A DNA stretch of 25,502 bases from Elusimicrobiota bacterium (GTDB lineage: Bacteria > Elusimicrobiota > Endomicrobiia > CG1-02-37-114 > JAHJSO01): NCBI GenBank assembly GCA_043826435.1, contig JBDRQF010000034.1:1-25502 (forward strand). Direction: 5' to 3'. Positions 1-5,825 of the stretch are shown in pieces; position 1 is the stretch's first letter, and each line of letters starts with the position of its first letter. The notes below the pieces were generated by a model, which did no database searches, was not told the DNA's origin, and saw only the letters and a program-made list of their open reading frames with translations. The translations under genes and the position numbers were made by a program.

Positions 1-101
1 TCAAAACTGCATACTGCAATAGTAGATGCATGGACAGAACAATGAAAAGCAAGAAGGCAAGAAAGTAACAAAATAGAAAAAATAGACATTTTTATGTTCA
101 T
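1..101 (-). CDS. N-terminus of a probable secreted protein (runs off left edge)
   Basis: Manual translation from ATG at 101: MNIKMSIFSILLLSCLLAFHCSVHASTIAVCSF..., open to the edge. It has a basic N-terminus, a hydrophobic core and a VHA cleavage-like site. Not in the ORF track because it is truncated. Confidence 0.65.
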   Translation of the reverse strand, partial: MNIKMSIFSILLLSCLLAFHCSVHASTIAVCSF

Positions 102-239
102 TCGGGCTAATCCATATATTATGTCAATAGTTTTTATAAAAACCCTTTCGTAGATACTATGTAATATAACCCATAATTTGGTAAAAAGCAAGTAAATTTT
201 AGGTAAATGTTTTTTTATAAATATTCTTCCCCGAAGCAT

Positions 240-1049
240 CTATTTTATGGCTCCGGCGGTTAAGCCAGAGACAATTCTTCTCTGTAAAAGAAAGACCATT
301 ATGATTAACGGAAAAGTAACAATTGTTGATGCGGCAAAAATTGTGCCCCAGGGGATTTCATAAAGCCCGGGAAACATCGCTACGCCCACAGGCACTGTTC
401 TCATATCCTGCCTTGTATTGAAAGTAAGTGCAAATAAAAATTCATTCCATGCAAATATAAAAACAAGAATTGCGGTTGCAGCCATGCCTGGCAAACTCAA
501 AGGCAAAATAACTTTTGAAAGCGACTGAACAGGACTACAACCATCAATAAATGACTGCTCTTCAATCTCTTGCGGGAGTTCCCTGAAAAAATTTGTAAGC
601 ATCCAGATACTGAGGGGCAAAGCAAAAGTACAGTAAGGAATAATAAGTCCCGGATAAGTATTCAATAAACCCAGCTTCTTCAAAAACAAAAAAAGCGGGC
701 TAACAATTGCAATCTGAGGAAACATAGAAACGGAAAGCACAATCCAGAGGATGACATTTTTTAGTTTCATCTTTAACCTGCCAAGGGCATAGCCGGCAAA
801 AGAGCCGAAGATCAAACAAAGAATTGTCGTCCCGGTTGCTACAAAAGCACTGTTTTTCAAATATGTAATAAAATGCCCCGATGTTAAGACAGCCCTGAAG
901 TTTTCAAAAGTAAATGACTCTGGAAACCATGTTATTGGTTTAGAGAAAATCTCCGACGATGGTTTCAATGCAGTGCAAACCTGCCAGTAAATTGGAAAAA
1001 GTATAAAAAAAACAGCGACCACTACAGCAAAATATCTCAATTTCAACAC
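240..1049 (-). CDS. Carbohydrate ABC transporter permease (MalG/SugB-like)
   Basis: Multi-TM protein with AGYALGRL, an EAA-like loop EIEEQSFIDG and FIFAWNEF. Confidence 0.92.
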   Translation of the reverse strand: MLKLRYFAVVVAVFFILFPIYWQVCTALKPSSEIFSKPITWFPESFTFENFRAVLTSGHFITYLKNSAFVATGTTILCLIFGSFAGYALGRLKMKLKNVILWIVLSVSMFPQIAIVSPLFLFLKKLGLLNTYPGLIIPYCTFALPLSIWMLTNFFRELPQEIEEQSFIDGCSPVQSLSKVILPLSLPGMAATAILVFIFAWNEFLFALTFNTRQDMRTVPVGVAMFPGLYEIPWGTIFAASTIVTFPLIIMVFLLQRRIVSGLTAGAIK

Positions 1050-1924
1050 TCAGGGCTCCTTCTTAAAAAAATCAAATAACAAAAACTTATTAGTGCAACA
1101 CAAAAAAATGTGAAAACAGATAAAGACGACCCATACCCAAAATCAAGATAAGAAAACAAAACTTTATAAGTATAGAGAGAAAGCGTCTCTGTTGAATTTC
1201 CGGGACCGCCGCCCGTCATAACATATACAAGGTCAAAAATTCTGAATGCATCCAGTGTGCGAAACAAAAGCGTAACTATTATAATTGGCTTAAGGAGTGG
1301 CAGTGTTACATATAAAAACTGTTTGAATTTTGTTGCTCCGTCTATCTTTGCCGCTTCATAAAGTTCGCGTGAAATCATCTGAAGCCCCGCTAAAAGAAGA
1401 ATTGAAACAAATGGAGTCGTCTTCCACACATCCGAGATAATTAGCGAAGCCATCGCTCCCGTTGGTTTCGACATAATACTCCCGAATTTACTGAAGATTC
1501 CATACTGGTCATTGAAAATCCAAAGCCACAAAAGGCCCGAGACAACAGTTGGAATCGCCCACGGCACAAGAGAAATTGCACGCATCGCCCCCCTACCAAA
1601 AAAAACTTCATTTAAAAGAAGAGCAATGCCAAACCCCAAAATAAACTCAAGCCCTACAGACGATATAGTAAAAATTAATGTCTGCAAAAGAGACGTCCAG
1701 GCGCGGTCATCTTTTAGAATTGATAAAAAATTGTTCAATCCGACAAATTTTTCTGAACCGCCCGCCATTTTAAGATTCATAGAATGTAAACTTAACCAGA
1801 GAGCGTTCAATATCGGATAAAACGCAACTGCAAATATTAACAAAAGCGCTGGCAGGCAAAAAAAGTATGCAATGTTTTTTTTCATAAACAAGTTAACAAC
1901 CAAGGACCAACGCCACTTCCTCAA
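1043..1924 (-). CDS. Carbohydrate ABC transporter permease (MalF/SugA-like)
   Basis: FVGLNNF, DVWKTTPF, ELYEAAKIDGA (EAA motif), MTGGGPGNST. Start may be the ATG at 1885 rather than the TTG at 1924. Confidence 0.92.
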   Translation of the reverse strand: MRKWRWSLVVNLFMKKNIAYFFCLPALLLIFAVAFYPILNALWLSLHSMNLKMAGGSEKFVGLNNFLSILKDDRAWTSLLQTLIFTISSVGLEFILGFGIALLLNEVFFGRGAMRAISLVPWAIPTVVSGLLWLWIFNDQYGIFSKFGSIMSKPTGAMASLIISDVWKTTPFVSILLLAGLQMISRELYEAAKIDGATKFKQFLYVTLPLLKPIIIVTLLFRTLDAFRIFDLVYVMTGGGPGNSTETLSLYTYKVLFSYLDFGYGSSLSVFTFFCVALISFCYLIFLRRSPEC

Positions 1925-3147
1925 AGGTGTTTTATTTTCTTTTCTGCGTCTTTAAGCGCTTCTTCGGGAGATTTTTTCAGAGTAAGCGCCTGATGAATTT
2001 CAACCTGAAGTATATCTGAAATCCGAGAGTAATTTGGTGTAACGGGGCGGGGCAGAGCTGTAACAAAAACCTTAAACATATCAGCATAATGGGGTGATGT
2101 CTTAAGGACTTCTTTATCTTTATAGACGGCAATTCTTGTTGGAAGACGACCACCTTTTATAGAATAATATTTCTGTGATTCAAAAGAAGTCATAAAATCT
2201 ACAAACTTCCATGCAGAATCAGGGTTCTTTGAGAACTTTGATATGGTAAGGTTCCACCCGCCGAGGCAGGATGCACTTTCCCCGCCGGGAAAATGTGGCA
2301 GAGGACTGATGCCAACCTTACCTACAACCATGGAACCTTTCTTCTCATCCTGGGCAAGCGCCCAAACATAGGGCCAGTTCCTGTGAAAACACGCATTGCC
2401 CGAAGTAAAAATCTGACGTGATTCCTCTTCCTTGTAAGTGGTTATACCCTCGGGCACAATTTTATGTTTATGAATTATATCAACTATAAGTTTTAGCGCT
2501 TCAACCGCTCTACCGTCAGTAAGTTTCCCGCCATTTGACCAGACATATTCCAAAAAATTACAAACAAGGCCTTCATACTGCCGGGACTGAAAAACAAATC
2601 CATAAATTTTATATTTATCCTGAATCTTTTTTGCCTGAGATATAAGTTCCTGCCAGGTCTCTGGTGGCTTCAGATTTTCTTTTTTAAGAATATCTTTTCT
2701 GTAATAGAGGATTCCTGCGTCGGTAAACCATGGCACAGCATAGATCTTTCCTTTAAAAGTACACCCCTTTATAGGCCCGCTTAAAAATTCTTTCTGTTTA
2801 TCCTTTGTGAAATAACTATCCAGAGGTAAGACCCATCCCGCAGATGCAAACTCCGATGGCCATATAATATCAATAGAATAAACATCAATTGAAGAATCGC
2901 CCGCACTTAAATAAGTCACATAAGAGTCATGCTGAATTGTGGCCGATTCAGGCATCTCCATCAATTTAATCTCTATATCGGGATATTTTTTCTGGAATTG
3001 CTTTATAAGGTCTCGCTGGGCACCCGTGGCATCTTTGCCAACCGCCCATGTTATAGTAATTTTCTCCTCGGTTTTTTTTGTGCAGGTAGTCAACGAAACA
3101 AGCAAGAACAAAACCCCAAAAACAGAAAGAAAACCTCTAAAATTCAT
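1921..3147 (-). CDS. Carbohydrate ABC transporter substrate-binding lipoprotein (trehalose/maltose-binding family)
   Basis: Start moved to MNFRG (ATG 3147) behind an AAGGAG SD. Lipobox-like LTTC; motifs AVPWFTDAGILYYRKD, YEGLVCNF, RNWPY and LGGWNL are typical of trehalose/maltose-type SBPs. Substrate is inferred. Confidence 0.88.
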   Translation of the reverse strand: MNFRGFLSVFGVLFLLVSLTTCTKKTEEKITITWAVGKDATGAQRDLIKQFQKKYPDIEIKLMEMPESATIQHDSYVTYLSAGDSSIDVYSIDIIWPSEFASAGWVLPLDSYFTKDKQKEFLSGPIKGCTFKGKIYAVPWFTDAGILYYRKDILKKENLKPPETWQELISQAKKIQDKYKIYGFVFQSRQYEGLVCNFLEYVWSNGGKLTDGRAVEALKLIVDIIHKHKIVPEGITTYKEEESRQIFTSGNACFHRNWPYVWALAQDEKKGSMVVGKVGISPLPHFPGGESASCLGGWNLTISKFSKNPDSAWKFVDFMTSFESQKYYSIKGGRLPTRIAVYKDKEVLKTSPHYADMFKVFVTALPRPVTPNYSRISDILQVEIHQALTLKKSPEEALKDAEKKIKHL

Positions 3148-3196
3148 ATTTTTCTCCTTCCAGGGGCTAGTGGCGGGCTGGGAACCCCGCATAATG

Positions 3197-3225
3197 ATTA
3201 TACCAAAAAATTAAGGGGTGGTCAA
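3197..3225 (-). promoter_or_regulatory. Sigma70-type promoter for the ABC operon
   Basis: Minus strand TTGACC (3225-3220), 17 nt, TATAAT (3202-3197). Confidence 0.8.
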
Positions 3226-3272
3226 ATTTTTTTTGGCGACGAGTTTTTTATTAAACTGGGTTTTTTTTAATT

Positions 3273-3301
3273 TTGACAAAAAGATAAAAATTTGATATAA
3301 T
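3273..3301 (+). promoter_or_regulatory. Consensus sigma70 promoter for tRNA-Arg/tadA/tmRNA
   Basis: TTGACA (3273-3278), 17 nt, TATAAT (3296-3301), with an extended -10 TGn and an AT-rich upstream tract. Confidence 0.88.
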
Positions 3302-3328
3302 TTTGTGCTGACGGAAGCGGACGATAGT

Positions 3329-3402
3329 GCGCCTGTAGCTCAACCGGATAGAGCGTCTGGCTACGGACCAGAAGGCTGCGCGTTCAAATCGCGCCGGGCG
3401 CA
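3329..3402 (+). tRNA. tRNA-Arg (anticodon ACG); CCA not encoded
   Basis: Acceptor GCGCCTG/CGGGCGC, D arm GCTC...GAGC, anticodon arm TCTGG-CTACGGA-CCAGA, T arm GCGCG-TTCAAAT-CGCGC. Confidence 0.96.
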
Positions 3403-3464
3403 AGTATTAATGTTTCAGGGACTGTAGCAAACATGCCATCCTGCAGAATAGGTAGGGGTGAAAT

Positions 3465-3998
3465 TTGATTTCCGGCGATAATAAGTTCATTCAGGAAGCG
3501 ATAAAACAGGCGAAGAAGTCCTTTATTAAGGGAGAAGTCCCCGTGGGCTCTTTGATTGTCCGGGATGGAAAAATAATTGCGAGGGCGCACAATATGGTTG
3601 AATCGGCAAACGACGCTACAGCCCATGCTGAAATCCTGGCAATAAGAAAAGCGTCTAAAAAACTCCGCAACTGGCGACTGGTGGACACCGTTTTATATTC
3701 CACCGTCCAGCCGTGCCGGATGTGTGTGCAGGCGATACGCCAGGCGAGGATACCGGAAGTCGTATTCGGTTGCAGGTCGCCGGTCCAAGGTAATGCGGGC
3801 GAAATTGCAGGCGATACCCCGACCATAAACCCGGCCCGGGCGGAAGGGCACCGTGATGAATGCAGCCGGCTGATGAAGGATTTCTTTAAAGGAGCGCGTA
3901 AAAGAAAGGCAGATATAACCGAAAATAGATGCAGGGGAGGTGAGTTAAAAATGGGTTGCGGTAAAAAACACGGCAAAAAGAAAAAAGCAAAAAAGTAA
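3465..3998 (+). CDS. tadA: tRNA adenosine(34) deaminase TadA-like, divergent, with basic C-terminal extension
   Basis: GEVPVG, DATAHAE, NWRL, PCRMC zinc motifs and C-terminal MKDFF..R helix. TTG start behind AGGGGTG. Adjacent to its canonical substrate tRNA. Confidence 0.85.
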   Translation: MISGDNKFIQEAIKQAKKSFIKGEVPVGSLIVRDGKIIARAHNMVESANDATAHAEILAIRKASKKLRNWRLVDTVLYSTVQPCRMCVQAIRQARIPEVVFGCRSPVQGNAGEIAGDTPTINPARAEGHRDECSRLMKDFFKGARKRKADITENRCRGGELKMGCGKKHGKKKKAKK

Positions 3999-4026
3999 AA
4001 CAAACGGCAACACGACCGATTACAGT

Positions 4027-4379
4027 GGGGGTGAACAGGGCTCGACAGGGATAATTCTGTCCAGCGACTGCAGGTCGTGGTTGGTCGGAGGCCACGAAAA
4101 AAACTGACCACTACAAATAAGTGCAAACGCTTATGCATGTGCCGCCTAACTAAAGGCGACGACGCTTCTGCCCGACTCCCATAGAGCGGAAAGCGTTCAC
4201 GATGGGATTACTTTTGTTTTCCGGCGTCTCAACGGGGCAAAAGGAAAATAACATTGGGGCTGGTTTGCGGCGCCCTGTTCGTGAGGCAAACCGCAGACGA
4301 GAAACGTATCCGGACTAAACCTGTAGACGTCCTGGCCGGATATTTCTGGACGCGGGTTCGATTCCCGCCACCTCCACCA
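4027..4379 (+). ncRNA. ssrA: tmRNA (one-piece, 353 nt), tag reading frame ANAYACAA*
   Basis: 5' GGGGGTG pairs with CACCTCC-ACCA 3' including the G3.U pair; CTCGAC motif; T arm GCGGG-TTCGATT-CCCGC; PK1 (CGTGG/CCACG, GGTCGG/CTGACC); resume context ATAAGT-GCA at 4123; stop TAA 4147-4149. Confidence 0.96.
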
Positions 4380-4387
4380 ACATAACA

Positions 4388-4554
4388 TAGTGTCGCATAA
4401 ATAACTTGACATTTGAGTACCCACTGGATTGTCATTGCGAGGGACGAAGTCCCGAAGCAATCCCCTTGTCTTATGAGTTTGCTTCGGCTTCGCCTCGCAA
4501 CCGCTGACGCTTCTCGCAATGACAGCCAAATGTAAAGACCTGTTAGGGGCACTA
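4388..4554. mobile_element. Putative MITE-like composite: imperfect 28-bp outer inverted repeats enclosing palindromic repeat copy 1
   Basis: TAGTGTCGCATAAATAACTTGACATTTG (4388-4415) versus the reverse complement of 4527-4554, TAGTGCCCCTAACAGGTCTTTACATTTG: 19/28 identical without gaps. Confidence 0.45.
4430..4524. repeat. Palindromic REP-like repeat, copy 1 (chimeric right arm)
   Basis: TGTCATTGCGAG...CGAAGCAATC-CCCTTGTCTTATGA-GTTTGCTTCG...CTCGCAATGACA; near identical to copies at 9945 and 16610. Confidence 0.9.
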
Positions 4555-4595
4555 CACTAAGGCGTTTGTTACACGCCACGATGTTGCGCGAAAAA

Positions 4596-5096
4596 ATGAA
4601 AATAGGAATAATGTCCGACACGCACGAAAACATGCCGATGATTGCAAAGGCGGTTTCCGTTTTCAACAGGGAAAAGGTTGATCTGATTTTCCATGCGGGG
4701 GACATCATTTCCCCGATTACGGGCAGGGAATTCAAAGAACTCAAAAGCAAACTGGTGGCTGTCTTCGGGAACAACGACGGAGAAAAAAGGTTCCTGCGGG
4801 AGAAATTTTCGCAGATAGGAGAATTACACGAACCCCCGTATAAAGCCGAAGTGAACGGGTTCAGCGTCCTGCTGATGCACCAGCCCGATTCGCTGGAGAA
4901 ATTCGCATCTTCCGGGAAATATGATATAATAATATACGGTCATACGCACAGGGTTGACGTCCGCACCGTGGGGGAAACGTTAATAATAAATCCCGGCGAG
5001 GCAGGCGGATGGCTGGACGGCAAATCAACCATCGGGATACTGGAATTGCCGTCTAAAAAGTTCATGCTTATTGATTTGCAGGAGGAAGGGGAATAA
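4596..5096 (+). CDS. YfcE/MJ0936-family metallophosphoesterase
   Basis: MKIGIMSDTH, HAGD, GNND, YGHTH and INPG motifs. Start placed at MKIGI (4596). Confidence 0.9.
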   Translation: MKIGIMSDTHENMPMIAKAVSVFNREKVDLIFHAGDIISPITGREFKELKSKLVAVFGNNDGEKRFLREKFSQIGELHEPPYKAEVNGFSVLLMHQPDSLEKFASSGKYDIIIYGHTHRVDVRTVGETLIINPGEAGGWLDGKSTIGILELPSKKFMLIDLQEEGE

Positions 5097-5156
5097 CCCG
5101 ATTAAGAAGACAGTCCGCCCGTGGACGGATAGCGAATAACCCCGGCGTCAGGATAC

Positions 5157-5804
5157 ATGAAAAGTAATTTTCCCCGCATGTTAGGACGCATACCTAAACG
5201 CACTATTACCCGTTTAACGCTGTATTACCGGGGACTGGCTGAATCCCGCAGGGGTGACTTTGTATCGTCAAACGAAATGTCAAAACTCACGGGGTTTTCA
5301 GCCGACCAGATACGCAGGGACCTGTCATATTTCGGCCAGTTCGGAATATCGGGCAGGGGTTACTCCGTTGTCGGCCTCAGGAAAAAATTGATAAAAATAC
5401 TGGGGGTTGACAAGCAATGCAACGTTGCGGTTGTGGGTGCGGGTAACCTGGGGTCGGCAATGTTGAAATACGGCGGTTTTGAGGAACATGGTTTCAGGAT
5501 TGTCTGCGGGTTTGACGCAAACCAGGGGAAAACAGGCAGGAGTATTGCAGGGAAAAGGATTTTTGATTTCAGCAGGATCAAGAAAGTTTCCCGCAGATTA
5601 AAAATAAAAATTGCAATTCTTACGGTTCCGGCGCCGGTTGCATCAGTGGTCGCACGGAAAATCGTTGAAAGCGGCATAAAGGGGATAATGAATTTCGCCC
5701 CCATCAACCTGCATCTGCCCACGACCGTGCAGGTGCTGAATATGGACATGGGCATAAGTTTGCAGAGGATAGCGTTCCTGCTGAAAAAGGGTGGTTATAG
5801 ATAG
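5157..5804 (+). CDS. rex: Redox-sensing transcriptional repressor Rex
   Basis: IPKRTITRLTLYYR, QIRRDLSYFGQFG..GRGY winged helix, Rossmann VGAGNLG, ILTVP, GIMNFAP. Confidence 0.95.
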   Translation: MKSNFPRMLGRIPKRTITRLTLYYRGLAESRRGDFVSSNEMSKLTGFSADQIRRDLSYFGQFGISGRGYSVVGLRKKLIKILGVDKQCNVAVVGAGNLGSAMLKYGGFEEHGFRIVCGFDANQGKTGRSIAGKRIFDFSRIKKVSRRLKIKIAILTVPAPVASVVARKIVESGIKGIMNFAPINLHLPTTVQVLNMDMGISLQRIAFLLKKGGYR

Positions 5805-5825
5805 AGTAAGGGGTGTCCCATTATA

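Noticed and set aside
3384..4774. Minus-strand ORFs 3384..3626, 3491..4138, 3886..4095, 4197..4529 and 4229..4774
   Set aside because: Antisense to tRNA, tadA, tmRNA, the repeat and the phosphoesterase. WWRWRESNPRP is the classic antisense T-arm translation.
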